This document shows, piece after piece, positions 40,441 to 54,260 of a stretch of 64,000 nt of DNA. This DNA comes from Camelus ferus. Taxonomy: Eukaryota. Within the stretch, counting starts at the first letter, position 1, and every line of letters begins with the position of its first letter. The translations under genes and the position numbers were made by a program. The stretch is taken from NCBI RefSeq assembly GCF_009834535.1, contig NC_045696.1:33358001-33422000 (forward strand), in the 5' to 3' direction. The notes under the pieces are model-generated. The model did not search any database and was not told the DNA's origin. It worked only from the letters and a program-made list of their open reading frames with translations.

Positions 40441-41154
40441 TATTATTTGAATAACAGTAATTACCTCTTTGAGTAAGCACTTAAACATCTGAAGAGTTTG
40501 ATCTTTTTCTTAATACTGAATTGAATTTTCTGTTTCTGGTTCGTTGTGTGATTTTGAAGAAATGACTTAATGTCTCCAGTCCTTGGATTCTACTGGAAAT
40601 AAGGCAAGTGGATTGGGTCCTCCCTAAGATCATTTCTGAGCCTGTGGCTTGTGATCTCAAAATAAACAAAGACTATTATAAGGAATGATGTGATATAGTA
40701 GTCATGAGGGAAACTGAATATATTTGGGCATATTTGAAATTTTGACAGCTTTAAAACACAAACGCTCTATCAACACCAGCTTGCTGAACAGTTTTTATAG
40801 CTTAACAAAACATACTATTCTGCATATTTTACAATGTTCTTCTCTTAAGTAAGTCTTCTAATTGCTTTTACACTTGCATCTCTTATGACTCTGGTAGGGA
40901 TGGATTTGATATGAATTATATCTTAATTTACAAGGAATAACCAAGTACTTATAATTCATCAAGAAACTACAGAAAAGTTTATATGGTTTCATTGGGATCT
41001 CTGAGGTAGCCTCTTTATATGGCACCCACCCTTTTAAGAAATGTGAGAAGTAAAACAAAAATTAAAGATGGAAGCCAAAATATAATCTTTATTTCTTATA
41101 GAAGTTAGAACAGAAAACATAAAAACATAACTTGTTTTGAGAGATAGGCTGTTT

Positions 41155-41325
41155 AAAAAAGTATTTATTTATTTTAAATTTATTTTTATTTATTTATTTT
41201 TATTTTTTGGGGGGTAATTATGTTTTATTTATTTACTTATTTTTTAATGGAGGTACTGGGTATTGAACCCAGGACATCACGCATGCTAAGTGTGCACTCT
41301 CCCATTGAGCTATATACTGTGCCCC
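41155..41325 (-). mobile_element. tRNA-Ala-derived SINE (camelid vic-1-type)
   Basis: Reverse strand reads ggggcacagtatatagctcaatgggagagtgcacacttagcatgcgtgatgtcctgggttcaatacccagtacctcca plus an A-rich tail; A box TAGCTCAATGG, B box GGTTCAATACC; TSD aggctgttt at 41146-41154 and 41330-41338. Confidence 0.9.
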
Positions 41326-42787
41326 GAGCAGGCTGTTTTTTTAAACAAATCCTAGAATTTTAACCCATCAGGTTTCAAAAGGTAGCAAACAATGGGCAGA
41401 TAAAATTGGAGAGAAGGAATAGAGCAGAATTGTGAACTCAAGCTTGTGATGTCTAGAAGCTGTCCCAAGAAGAAGAGAAAGCTGTCATGTTATTCTTGCC
41501 CAGGTTATTCTTTGCAAATGTATAGAGAAACACTCAATCTTTATCCAGATGCAGGAAAGTAATAAGGACTGAGAGACAGCCAAGTGTGTTTAGGAAAATA
41601 GTTCTTCCTCATGGCAACCAGGTTCAACAAGAGTTTTGCAAATGTTCCATCATTCAGTGAAGTGGGAGTGGATAATTTAGTCTTTATCTCATTGTTAAAC
41701 TGAATAGGGAGGCTTAGCAAAATACAGAAGACACACCCTTCATGTGATAAGGGTATTTTCAGAAAGGAATAAAGGGTGAGAATTTGTTTTCATATTTCTA
41801 TTCTTCAATAGGTCCACTATTGTGCTCTGCAGATAGCAATTTTTTGGATAAACTTGCAAAACATTACTGAAGTAATATATGGAAATATTTCCAAAATGAT
41901 ATTTTCTCACTGACTCTAACTAGTTTATCAAATTTCAATAATATATATAGGAATGCCTGCCTTTACTGTGCCTTAAAGACCCAACTCGAACCACACATCA
42001 TGTGTCCTTTATTTTGTCAAAGTGGTCTTTGACAAATCTTATGAGATGAACGTCACAAAAAAAACCTCCTAGTTTTGAGTTCATTTTGTGGTTTTTTGTT
42101 TGTTTGTATGTTTCACTTTATAAAGCTACTAGCAGGAGATCTGGTGGTTGGACGTCTACCAACAAAACCTGGGCTGGATCTCCACAGTTCAAACAAAGGC
42201 TGCAATGAAGTAGTCTTAGAGTGCATTCTCCATTCTGATGACTGGCTAGACATAGCAGTAAAATAAAAGACAGTTCTACAAGTCTCTATATTATTTCACT
42301 TAATTTCTTCTCTGAGAAAATAATTGCTGCATTGGACATGTCTAACTAGTGAGGACAAGTAGGTATAAGCTATACATCAACTCATCGAGACTTCTGAAGA
42401 GGGAAAAGGTTAAACATAATAAAAATTGCTGCAGTTCAGAAAACATAATTGAAAAGGAGTTTTGGAGTATTCTCTATTAGCAAGATATAGAGAATAGTTC
42501 TCCCAGTTCAGAACACCAAATATACTAAATAAAACATGAAGATAAAACATGCTTTTGTTTCAAATAAAAGAGCTGGAGGGAAAGTCAGGAAAACAACTGG
42601 AAAAGAGAAATAAAGTGGAGCCCTGAAGGATGAAGGGATATTGAGTAGCATTTACCCATATGGCATCTGCCAAACCCTAGTGACTCATAATATGACATTA
42701 GCAGGGTGTACACGTATGTGGGATCTGTGACAAAATCCTCGGTCTAAGGGAGAATGAAAGGTCAGGTTAGAAACCTCCCTACAATCA

Positions 42788-42818
<31 letters not shown>

Positions 42819-42819
42819 T
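42788..42819. repeat. (CA)n microsatellite, interrupted
   Basis: Seen directly. Confidence 0.9.
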
Positions 42820-45800
42820 AGGATTCTCTGATGCCACAGTGAGTAAACCTAGAAAAAACTAGAAGGCAATAAGGTGTTTAGTTTTCTGTCTTGGTCTTGG
42901 TTCTAGGTGGAACAGAAAAAAATATTAATTTTCTTTTTTTCTCAGTAATTATCTGGATGGTTTACAAATATTATGTTGGATCTCAAGTTTGTAAAAATCT
43001 GTCTACAAATTTTGTCCTGTGGCAGAATTTAAAGTAAATTAGAGATGAACACAATTAGTATATATAAAACATTAGACTAATTTATAAAAAAAATTCAATG
43101 TATAAATCATTGGGTGTAATATTTGGTTTGATTAAAATACTGGCTTGGTTTGATACAAATGCTATTAATATGTTGCCCCAAATTATACAGTTAATTAGAA
43201 AATATCTCAAGGAAATTTGGAAATAACAATTGCGTTCATATTGCTTGTGTGGGTTAGAAAGTTTTAGCTAAAATAAAAGTCTGTTTGATGTCATTAGTTT
43301 GGGAGATACTAATGTATTGAGGACTGTAACTCCTGAATAATAGAGTAGTTCATTCTGTTTTTTGCATTTTGAAATTATGATTTATGCATGTCCTTGTGCT
43401 CGATAGCACTAAGCATTGCTCCTTCATTAGTGGTTCCCACTGAAAGTTATGTTTATATTCAAAAATTCTGCCCTGGGATGGATCATATTGTGTGAGAAAT
43501 AATTACAGGGCAAAAGTGGAGAGCCACTGCTTAAAATGTATTAGAAATTATCTGCTTGATGTGCATCCCAGTTTCCATAGTGTGAGTCTGTCTAATTATC
43601 CCTGGGGATCTGCTAGGCTCTCTGACTATTAAACAGATAATTTTTTAACATTGAGAAATATTTATTTTAAATCAGTTAGTTATGTTGAGCCAGATGCTGT
43701 AAGAAGAGTGTTTCTTACTAAAATTACCTAACTGTTTAAGGACACCTGAGCACTACCTGTTAATTTGATCAGTCCATTGATGACACGGAAGCAGCCCTAT
43801 TGCCCTGAAATGTGGTTGGAAATGATGAAGTTAAATTTCTGTTCTCCCCAGTGTTGAGGTTGCTACTTCCAATAGACCATACTTTGGAGCCTAGTTATCA
43901 TTTTAAATATACCAATTACGATAGCAAAGCCTTACAAAATTCCTGGTTAACCTCACTGAGGACAGGTTGATGGATGCAAACAAAGTTCAACCTAATTTAC
44001 ACACCTGAAATCCCTATGCACATAATAGCTCTCTTTGGTGCATTCACTTAGCTTCTGAAAACACTTTTTAAAAGCCCTGCTATTCAGTTTTCTGCTAATG
44101 AAGTACAAGGGCACTAGTGGCTGCCTTTATTACTTAATTACTCTGTCTAGTTATTAAGGTTTTGGAAGTATTTTGAGTTTAGCATTTTTGCACCAAACTG
44201 GGAACCAAGGAGGTATTTGAATTAAAAGTAGAAGACAAATGTTTCTACCTAAATTGTTTTTGAGGTAAAATGACTGCTCACAATTATGGTTTATAAGCAC
44301 ATCAAATATTTGAAAACTTGTTAGTACCTTATTTATAATGTGTGTGTAAAAAAACAGATTAGGAATAAATGGATTTATTGAGGATAAATATTGAGAAGAG
44401 ACAAGGAAAGCTTCAGAAGGTGTCATGCCAAATGTATACCCTCAAGGCTTCACGTGGATGAGGAAAAAGAGACGGTACATTTTAAATTTATTCTAACAAA
44501 CTTATATACTACTTTTTTCAAAAAATTATGAACTTAAGGCAGCATTCAAAACTACAAATAATCTAATTAAATTTTTTTAGTTGAGAAACAAAACAGGTTA
44601 AAGAAATCAAAGTCTGAAACTAATCTCCAAAACAAAGACCTAACCAGAGCACACAAAAAGCAAAGATTAATACACAAAATATGGCCAGAGGTCATTGTAC
44701 ACTTGCTAGATTTTAGCCACAAACCTGTCCATTAGCTTATTAGCAACCAGTGAATATAAGGAACCCATTATATGTATCCCAGTGTTCCAGAGATGAATAT
44801 AAACTGATTTCACGTGAGTACAATTATTCCTAGCTGTGATATATGAAAGTTTTCCTGTGAGTCAAGAGGAGTTACATGAAATTATGACAAACATAATTAT
44901 AATACGGAGGCATAACATGCAACAATCATCTAAGCTCAGGATAGACTTCACTTTCCCTTATGAAAATTGGTAAGACTCAAATGGAAAGACCATCCATGAA
45001 TAGGACGAGACTTTCCTGAAAAGAAAATAAGTTTGATTTCATGCCAACTCTGAGGGTCAAACTTCTAGGCCATATATCATACTTATATTGGTTTTACCCA
45101 AATAATATTGGATTTTATTCAATGTCCAATGCCAGTTAAGTTATATTGTTAAAGTATGATATTATTTGTTAATTCAGCTAGACACTAGAAGATAACTTTT
45201 TCAAATGTATCAATAGGATATTGAACAAGTCAATTTTCTGAAGAATATGTTTACTTAACAAACCAGCTAAGGAATCTAGCTCAAGTAATTGCCCTTTTTT
45301 GGTAACAAGTATAGACCAGCGTCATTTCTCTGCTAAGATTACTTCTAGTTCAAGGAAATAAACTATTTTATTTGCATATAGGAGACAGAGGAACTCTCTC
45401 TCCACCATGCAGAGGTAAATGAACTTTATTTCTTTAAAGATATTATCAAGGTATCAATACAGACTGAAATTATGGAATTCCAGAACACTTTTATATTTTA
45501 TCTCATATTATAAATCCATCAAGAGAAAATTCTTCTGATTCTGAGTTTATGTTGGTATATTAAGACATGTTTTATATGATCTTTTCAACACAAAGATTTA
45601 TTTTGAGACAAACTGAAACATACCCTTCCTTTAAAGAATTATAAAGAAGCTCAGACTTGTGGCTTAAAGAAGGAGAAACTGGAAGACATGTTCAAGGGAA
45701 TACCTAATTAGCAAGAAAAGTTCAAATTTGAGAGTATAGGGATTGAGGTGGAACCATCCATCCAGAAGCACCATATTCACAGAGTTACAAAAGCCACTAA

Positions 45801-46231
45801 ACTAGTGAAGTTAAGAGCTCACCATTCAGAAAAGGTCCTTGAAGAGTTTAGAAACAAACTATGACATAGGACATTACTGAGTAGATTAATTAAAAAAACA
45901 AAACAAAACTCTGTTTTTTAAGGGCACACTGCAGAAATCAGTCAGAAAATGAAGTGTGAAGCCTGGGCTTTTATATATCAAACTGGGAAAGCAATTTCCA
46001 CAGGCAGGAATCAGATCTAACCTACTGTGGCCTCACTCACCAAATTCATGCCTTAAGTAACCAAGCCTTAGTTCTCACTTCATTACCAGATCTGAAGGAT
46101 AAACAGACTATTTTCACATAGATTTCCCATACTTGAGGTTTTTTTTTTTTTGGAGGCATTAATAATGGATAGTCAGAGTTAAATTTAAGATCCTCGGTGG
46201 CTGCTTCTGAGTTTTGATGTATATGGCAATT

Positions 46232-46745
46232 GTATCTATCAAGGTTCTTAGCTGGAGGCAACAGAATCTGACTCTGATTATTATTTAAGCAGAAAATAAA
46301 ATTTTTAAAATAGAGTGAAGAGATCACAGAATACCAGGAGCCTTGAGAACCAGGTATAGAATAAGAATGAGAGAAAAGATACTGGGCTGCAGTCAGGACA
46401 TTAGCCAAAATCATACCAAAGGATGGGAACAGGCCTCTAGTACTGTGTACTAGAGGAGGAGGTGCCTATGCTTATAGGCTGCTCCTGGGCACATGGCTAC
46501 TGGTGCCCCGGAAACCAGCATGTGTCTGCCCCGCAGCCACCATTGAGCATCAGAACTCATTCTCTGCTCTTCCTGTTTCTTTAACATTCTGTCTGTATAT
46601 TTCAATTCAGAAACTGTAGAGGGTGTTTCTGATGTAAAAAAAAAAAAAAAAATCAAGGTTATGAGTCTCATCCTAAATGCAAAGGGAGATTAAAATGCAA
46701 TCACAGGGCATTTTCAGTTTCAAGTAAAAGAGAAGCTCTGCCTCG
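46232..46745 (-). mobile_element. Ancient MaLR LTR (MLT1K-N-like)
   Basis: tgtatctatcaaggttcttagctggaggcaacagaatctgactctgattattatttaagcagaaa. Confidence 0.5.
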
Positions 46746-47519
46746 CCATCAACAATACCTAATATTTAGTGAGTGCATCTTCTGTGTTAGGCACTGTTGG
46801 GTGAGTTTCGTCTCATAATGTGGAGAAATCATTAAACTAGGCGAGATTCAGGCATCAAATACGCAGAGAAGGGTGAACTAGACACTTCATTCATATTCCA
46901 GAATACATTCCAAATAGAGAGGAGATTGTTGTGGAATAATTTATGATGCTGCTTCCCCAGGGTAAAAGTAAAAGTAAAAGTTCTCCCTCGGTTGGTCCAA
47001 TATGTCAAAATACAGCACCAGGACGTTCTATAAATACTTTGGTGAAGGATTTTCCATTCAGTCAATGTCTTTAGAAAAATGGCTTCTGGAAAGTCAGATT
47101 TTTCTTTCTTTGATCACTTCAGAGAGAGCCCAATGGGCCAGTTGCATCATGGCATTCAAGACCCCAGAGAGTAGTGGCGTTTGCCAAACTGCAGTGTCAG
47201 CTGCCTACCAGTGGGACAGCAATGCAAAGCCAACCCCCTTTAACACCCTTTGCATGTTGAAGCCAGAACCATAGAAGTAAAATCTAACGTTTATAAGGGA
47301 TTATACGATTTCAGCCTTTTTTTCACTCAGCCAAATTCTATCCCAGTGTCTGAAAAAGTAGATCAGGGCACGCAAGACAGAAACTGAGAAAGAAACTGAG
47401 GGGAGCAGTATGGAGGAAAGGAGAAAGGAGGGCGGGAGGGTGGTTAGACAAAACAAGAGAACACAAGAGATCTGCTTTTAGAAGACAAAAACAAAACAAA
47501 AAAATGCTTTTAACATTTA

Positions 47520-48110
47520 AATTATTTAACAATGCTTTGATCATACAGTCTCCATCCACCCACTGTCTTTACTTCCTTAACCACATTCACTCAATTCTAG
47601 CTCTCCAAACCTACTTGTTGAAAGTCATCATTCATATCTCACTCGTGGAATCTAATTTGAAATGTTCAGTTTTGTATCTTAAGTGTGTTTGACCAGTCTC
47701 TCTTTTTGGAAGCTCTGTTGCTATGCATAATCCCCTAGTTTCTCACCCATCTTCCACTGGCCCTATAAGTCCCCCAGGCAAGCTACTCCTTTGACCAACC
47801 CCACCTTACATGTAAGTCTTTAGAATCCTTTCTCCTGTTCTCATCTCATTTACCTTTCTTTGTGGGTGGTTTCATCCACAACCTCACCTGCCAATAATAG
47901 ATCTTGTGAGTCCCAAATCTTTGTCCAACTTTTCATTCGTGAGTTCCAGTCTACTAAGGCCAACTGTCTACACACTAGATATTTATAACTGAAGGTGTCA
48001 TAGCAAATGTAGCATGCTGAAAACTGAAATGACTTCCCTCTCCATTCCTTCCATGAAAGTGGTACTTCTATGATAATCTTGGTTCAATGATAAATATTGT
48101 TGTTCGAGCA
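47520..48110 (+). mobile_element. L2 fragment
   Basis: gtcccaaatctttgtcc...gagttccagtctact...ccaactgtctacac...tagatatttataactgaaggtgtcatagc...aaaactgaa. Confidence 0.6.
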
Positions 48111-48349
48111 GCTGATTATACAAAAGCAGAAAATTTAAAATTATGAGACAGGAAGTCAAAAGAAAGCTAAAAATTTAGTAATCCAGAGTTTAAAATTTTG
48201 TCATACAAACCAGATACATAGTGTAATTGAATATATTTTTAAATTTTGTTATCTACTATGTGAAGTTTACTATTATTCCACTAGTTTATAAGTGTAGGAC
48301 CAGATCAGCTTTTCCTACCATTGTTATTCTAATTCCTACAATAGTTGTG

Positions 48350-48560
48350 TGTTAATAAGTGTTTGTGGAGTAATGATGAGATTATAATGATGATGACGAT
48401 GACAATGATACTGAAGATATTTTGAGGTAAAAATGTGCTTACCATTTTTCCGGCACATCTTAAGTGCTCTATAAATTTCACTGGATAGGGGATAAAAGAG
48501 TACGAGTTTACAAAGTCATGAATCTCTAAGTTATAGCTAGCTCTAGGCTTTTGGTGGAGA
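48350..48560 (-). mobile_element. MIR fragment
   Basis: tgtgcttaccatttttccggcacatcttaagtgctctata. Confidence 0.4.
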
Positions 48561-49162
48561 TTTTTACTTCCAGAGAGGGCTTTGCCAGGCATGGATGTGC
48601 ACAGTAGGAAGAAAAAATAGTTGCTAATATTCTAGAAGCATGGCTCTCTGAGAGTGGAGAGGGTAGGGAAGTTGGGGGATAGGAGATCTAGGTTCCTTTT
48701 TCACCCCTATCCTGGCTTCTCAATCCTCCCAAGGGAATGAAGAAGGAAGAGAAGACTCATTACTGTTCTTAATTCCTTTGTGCCAATCCCAACCACTCAG
48801 AAACACCAAGAATGATTTCAAGGAAATAATATGAGAGACTGTAAGTGTGTGAATGTATGTGTAGGAATGGTAGAGACAGTGTCTAATAAGTCAGTAAATA
48901 GGTGGTAAGTGTCACTCAGTTCCTGGGTACGTAGGTGGCCAGTTTCTCAATGTTTGTGAAGGAAGAATACACATGAGAAGAAGAGCCCCAAGTGTTTCTG
49001 CTAGATCCAGACTAGATTGGTGGCATTACTTCATATGTTATACATACACACATATCATTATCATAAAATCACCATTATAGTTCTTCAATCTACTCTGCTA
49101 TGTAAGAGGGCAAACAATTTAGCAGGAATTAACAGTGCAGAGTTAGATTTGTAACTAAAATA

Positions 49163-49382
49163 CAGTTGCTCCTTCACCAACATGGGTCCAGTTACATGTG
49201 GATTTCTTTCAACAGCAAATACTACAGTACTACAACAGCCTCTCTGTTGGTTGGATCTGCAGATGTGGAAGCATGGATACAGAGGAACCGCATATACAGA
49301 GGGCGACTCTAAGTTACATGTGGATTTTTGACTGCTCCGAGGGTCAGTGCCCCTAGCCCACATGTTGTTCGAGGGTCAACTG
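49163..49382. mobile_element. MER8-like Tigger (Tc1/mariner) MITE
   Basis: Terminal inverted repeats cagttgctccttcaccaac / gttgttcgagggtcaactg; TA on the left flank, CA on the right. Confidence 0.85.
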
Positions 49383-49675
49383 CAGTATGAAAGTTATTTT
49401 AAAAAGTTCCTGTGAGAGGTACCAGGAAGTGGAATGCAGAACAGCAGTGAAAGCCAGGAGAGTTTAGCCCTAGATTTTAGTGGAAAGCAACGTTGTGAGT
49501 TAACAAAGGGGGCTCTGACTGTGAAACCCTTGCCTTTGCTCCTGCAGCATTGCTAACCTTTATGTCACACAAGAAACCACCGAGGATATTTAATATATTA
49601 TTTAAATGTATGATAGAGTTTTGTTAGTTTATCCAGTTAGCCCTCTGCAAAATTGCTGGTTAAACACCAAACCTC

Positions 49676-50870
49676 AACAAGAAATCTTATTCACTGCTCT
49701 GGGAATGTAAAACGGTACAGCCACATTGGAAGACAGTCTGGCAGTTTCTCACAAAGCTAAACATAGTTTTTTACCATATGATCCTGCTACTGTGCTCATA
49801 GACATGCACCCAAATGATGTGAAAATTTATGTTCACACAAAAACAGGCATGCAAATGTTATGGAAGCTTTATTCATAATTGCCCCAAACTGTAAGCAACC
49901 AAGATGTCCTTGAATAGGTGAATAGACGAACGAACTGAGTATCACTTTACTTAGTGATAAAAATGAGTGAGCTACCAAACCATGCAAAGGCATAGATTAA
50001 TCTTAAGTGCATATTGGTAAGTGAAACAAACAAGTCTACCGATCTACATATAGTCTATACCACTCATACGACATTCTAAAAAAGGCCAAACTATGGAAAT
50101 GGCAAACAGATCATTGGCTGCCAGTAGTTCACAGAGAGAGAGTTGGATGTTGAGGAGATAAAGTACAGGGGATATTTGAGGACAATAAAACCATTCTATA
50201 AAATATTGTAATGTTGGATACATAACATTATTCATTTGTCAAAATGTATAGAATTTCACAATACAAAAATTAAACATTAAAGTATACAAATTAAAACAAA
50301 AATATTAAGAAGGCTGGGGATCCCGGAATGGAACGGAGAACCTCATAGAAGGATCTACCTGACTCTATTGCAGACGTGTACACCCCTACTGAAGGATATG
50401 AGGGATAAAGATGCTAATGCAAATACCTCTGAAAATGAGCAGAGTCTAAAAGATTAAGGCAAAAGGAATTTTACAGATGCACTGTAGTCTATTGATAAAT
50501 TTGTTTCCCATGAAGGTACCAGTCAACTATCCTGAAACCACCGTACACGCATGTTAGAATTGAGTAAATAAGTTAATAGGTGTCTATAATGGAACTTGAG
50601 AGCTTGTTTGGAGGTTCTAGCAGAGGAGCACAGCTACTCCTATACCCTGACAGAAAAGAACGGTCCTCCTCTATCAGGAAAGGTCGTCCTCTATGACCAA
50701 GCACGCAGCTTCAGGAGGGACGCACGTGAAGCATTGAGAGAGGAAAAGGGACACCTGCCTAACCAGCCAGATCAGCCGAATCAACCCTGGAGATCAGTGG
50801 GGTGACAGACGTCTCAGCCAGATCACCCTCACATCCTAGATGTATAATGTTGGGAGGCAGATTTCTCACT
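49676..50870 (+). mobile_element. L1MC-type 3' end with long 3'UTR (L1MC3-like)
   Basis: gggaatgtaaaacggtacagccacattggaagacagtctggcagtttct...ttatgttcacacaaaaac...gcaaccaagatgtcctt. Confidence 0.75.
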
Positions 50871-50879
50871 GCTGTTCAA

Positions 50880-51420
50880 TTAGAAATAGAATTACCATAG
50901 GATCTAGCAATTCCACTTCTGGACATTTACCTAAAACAACTGAAAGCAGGGATTTGAACAGATATTTGTACCCCCATGTTCACAGCATCATTATTCACAA
51001 TAGCCAACAGGTGGAAGCAACTGAATGGAATGTCATTCATCTTAGAAAGGAAGGAAATTGTGATACATGCTACAAATGATGAGACCTTGAAGACAATATA
51101 CTGCATGAAAGCAGCCAATCACAAAAGGACAAAAACCGTATGTTTCTACTTATACAAGATACCTGGAGTACTCAGATTCATAGAGACAGACAGCAGAACG
51201 GTCATTGATGGGACCTGGGAGGAGGAGGAGGGAGGGGGGAAGTTATTGTTGAAAGAGTTCAGAAATTCAGTTTGGGCAGATGAAAATTTTGTGGAGATGG
51301 ATGGTGGTATTGGTTGCACAACAATGTGAATGTACTCAATGCCACTGAACGGTACACTTAAAAATAGTTAAAATGATAAATTTCATGGTATATATATTTT
51401 GCCATCATAAAATAAATAAA
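50880..51420 (+). mobile_element. L1MB-type 3' end
   Basis: agaattaccataggatctagcaattccacttctgg...ggagatggatggtggtattggttgcacaacaatgtgaatgtactcaatgccactgaac...aataaataaa. Confidence 0.85.
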
Positions 51421-53599
51421 TACATCGATTGTTAACCCATGGCATGAAACAGCTGGGGGGTCTGACATGTACATCTAGCTACTGTTACTACATCAGTCAT
51501 TCAAAAAGATTCATGTACTTAAGTACCTAGAAAAAAAATGGGACTAACACATTGATATCAGGATTTTAGTGCTGACACATTTTCTAAGAAATTGTAATTC
51601 TGTGAATAAGGAAACAAAAGCAAACAAAAAGAATGTAAGGATTAAGTATGTACCAGCAGATAACAGCTTTCTCTCTCATCAGTAATATAGAAGGAAGACA
51701 CTCCATTAAGCAAACATATTGCCCTCTTTGGTACCTCCACCTGCCCCTTAACCCATATTATTACTTGCATCAATCTTGAGTCACACAGAATCACTTAAGC
51801 CTCTCCGAGCTACGCTCTCTGACTTTTAACATTGTACACTTCCCTCCCCTCGCATATCTGTTACTCCATAAGTAATTTGGATAGAAAACCTGTCTAGCAA
51901 AAGGCCTATTTAGTTTCACTACCGCTTTTACTCATTAAGCTGGGACAGTAAAAGAATAAAAAGCCCATAACAATAACAAAACTGAACAGCTTATACTCTG
52001 TAAAAGCCATCGGTTGCTGCATATTGGAAATCTTATATTGAAAATCTTAGAAAAATTCTAGTTTTGAATGCTGTTGTGGAATCATTTTTGCATTGTAAAA
52101 TACAGACTTAGAGCTGTATATATGTGGGTATGTGTACAACTTCTTTCTCCTAAAACTCACACAGGAGTTTCAAATCTCCAGTGACCAGAGTACTGGTTAT
52201 ACATTTATCACACAGAGATGGGAGCCAGCTCACTCCTCAATGTGACGTGTGTTGAACAGTGGCAACTCTCACTTCGTGAAATAAATTGATGCAGAGGTAA
52301 GTACATCTTAAAATAACACTGAGTCAGGAAAAAACTGCATAAGAACATAACCTTAATGAATAACTGTTCATAAATAATTCTCATAGAATCTGATAGATTC
52401 AGGATTTCTTTTGCACTCTTTTTAGGTAAGTTGGAGGAGATGAGTGTAATTATGGAGAATGGGCCAGATGGCATATTTGAAACCCAGTGGGATAAACCAG
52501 ATGGAATGCTGTTATTTTGCCCATTTATCTATGAATAGAAAATAGGTAGGGGGATGGTCTTAGAGCCTGTTGATAATAATGACTTCCAAAGATTTCCTGT
52601 TGTTTCTGTGGCTGTGTGTGTGTGTGTATGTTTGATGTAGCTACAGTAATTTAAAACAGAAGAGTGAGTGGAAGGCAGTTTGTATCACTTTGCAGATTCC
52701 TTCTGAAAAACTGTTTAAAAAAAAAGATGTACCAATTTAAAATAATTGTAAGTTAAAAGAAAGCGAACTGTTAAAACTTTTGAGCTAATTGGACTTTGTC
52801 GGTGTAATATTCTGTAGGATACGCTTTGTGTGACCTGTGACTCTGTGTGTGGTGTTTGCAGATCTAAGAGAAAATGAAAACAGAAATTAAGTTCAGAAGG
52901 GAGGACTTTTACATACGGAAATGAAGTCTTGAGGATTAAAGACCTGGTGGCTTACTGTGATTTTACCACCTGTGGGACTGTCTGTACATTCAAAGGCGTT
53001 AGTCCTTTTCAGTCTGCACCTTGGAGAAGGGGCAGTGCTTTTCAATCTTTTGTCTTGTTTTGAGGGGGGTAGATTTTTGTTGGTTTTTCTTTGACTCAAA
53101 TAACAAATACATTGGTAGCATAGACAGTCAGAACACACACACACGCACACAAAACAAGAGACAAAAATTTCAGCAAACGATACACTTACTATAAATCATG
53201 CACTGTTGTAGTTTCTACTATATTTTTATTCTCTTCTCATTATTATTTAAATGCCACCTTAAATTGATTTTATGACTCATTTATAGGTTACAATTACAAA
53301 AGCATTGCCATAGAGAATCTGATAAATTAAAATGATTTTGCTAAAATGCTTATCTTTAATCTTCAATATCTCACCTCTTTTTTTTTTTTTTTGACATTTC
53401 TGATTACCAGAGTCAAAAGCTCCTAAAATAATCTTTCCTCTCATTGAAAACTGTAATAGTTATTCGTTGGTTGTACTATTATAGTTTATTTTGCTGCTCC
53501 TTGTTCATTTAAGTTGAAGTTTTCCTTAAACCAGTGACACTTGTTAAAAAGTTGGCATGTTAGTTAAGGAGCAGCAAACAAACTGCAAGAAATGGTATT

Positions 53600-54260
53600 T
53601 TTTTTCTAATGAAGTAGCATTGCCTCGCCTCACGGAAGAACTAGCTAGAGCAAGTTTTAGGCGGTGGGCTTCCTGTAACTTGTCAATTGTTGTTTTCCTG
53701 AGGTTCTAACCTTAAGGAGATCAAAGAGCAAGACAGGCAGAGCATGCATTTCGGCACTGATCTCGGACCGTAAAGACCCAGCGAGCCAGGCAAGTGCGAT
53801 TCACACCGGTTCAACCTCCCTCTCCCTTTGCCACCTCTTTGTGCTCCAGCATTTTTCAAGTTCAATTCCTTGTTCCTGCCCCGCTTATCATTGTACTTTT
53901 ACTTTAACCTTGAGCTCAGCAATCCCAGTTGGTATAGCTCTGTTACTTGAAGCAACAAGCAACTTTTCCTTTCAAGTTAGCAACTCTTTGTACTACTTTC
54001 CTGATGAAAATATTTTCCAGCTGGAAACTGCTCTAATTCCCTCATCAGACTGTAGTTTACGGTCCTGGATTTCCGGAGGCCTTTCCCACCCCCAAGGCGC
54101 TTTTGAATAGATTGCTTTATTCACTTATCTATAGGGTGCCTTCAAAATACCCCTGTGAAGATATGTGCCTTTGCGCCTGTGAAATCTTTCTAAGCAGAGT
54201 TTGACTGAACACAGCCAACGGTAAACTAGAATCGGGATAACTAGCAACCTCGGAATTAAA
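53600..54260. promoter_or_regulatory. Candidate promoter/enhancer (CpG-retaining non-repetitive block)
   Basis: 17 CpGs counted in 53625-54252 in an otherwise CpG-depleted window; ETS-like cggaag and cttcctg; ctagcaac RFX-like half-site. Confidence 0.3.

Noticed and set aside
41230..41325. tRNA-like sequence
   Set aside because: It is the head of a SINE with an A-rich tail and TSD, not a tRNA gene.
42075..42266. 63-aa ORF (LAGDLVVGRLPTKPGLDLH...)
   Set aside because: No recognisable homology and no good donor site.
45382..45414. Collagen-like reading GDRGTLSPP
   Set aside because: The Gly-X-Y register breaks, 33 nt is not a multiple of 9, and there are no other collagen-type exons.
46046..47692. 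Several 60-120 aa ORFs
   Set aside because: They overlap MaLR/L2 relics and A/T runs, with no recognisable domain or consistent splice structure.
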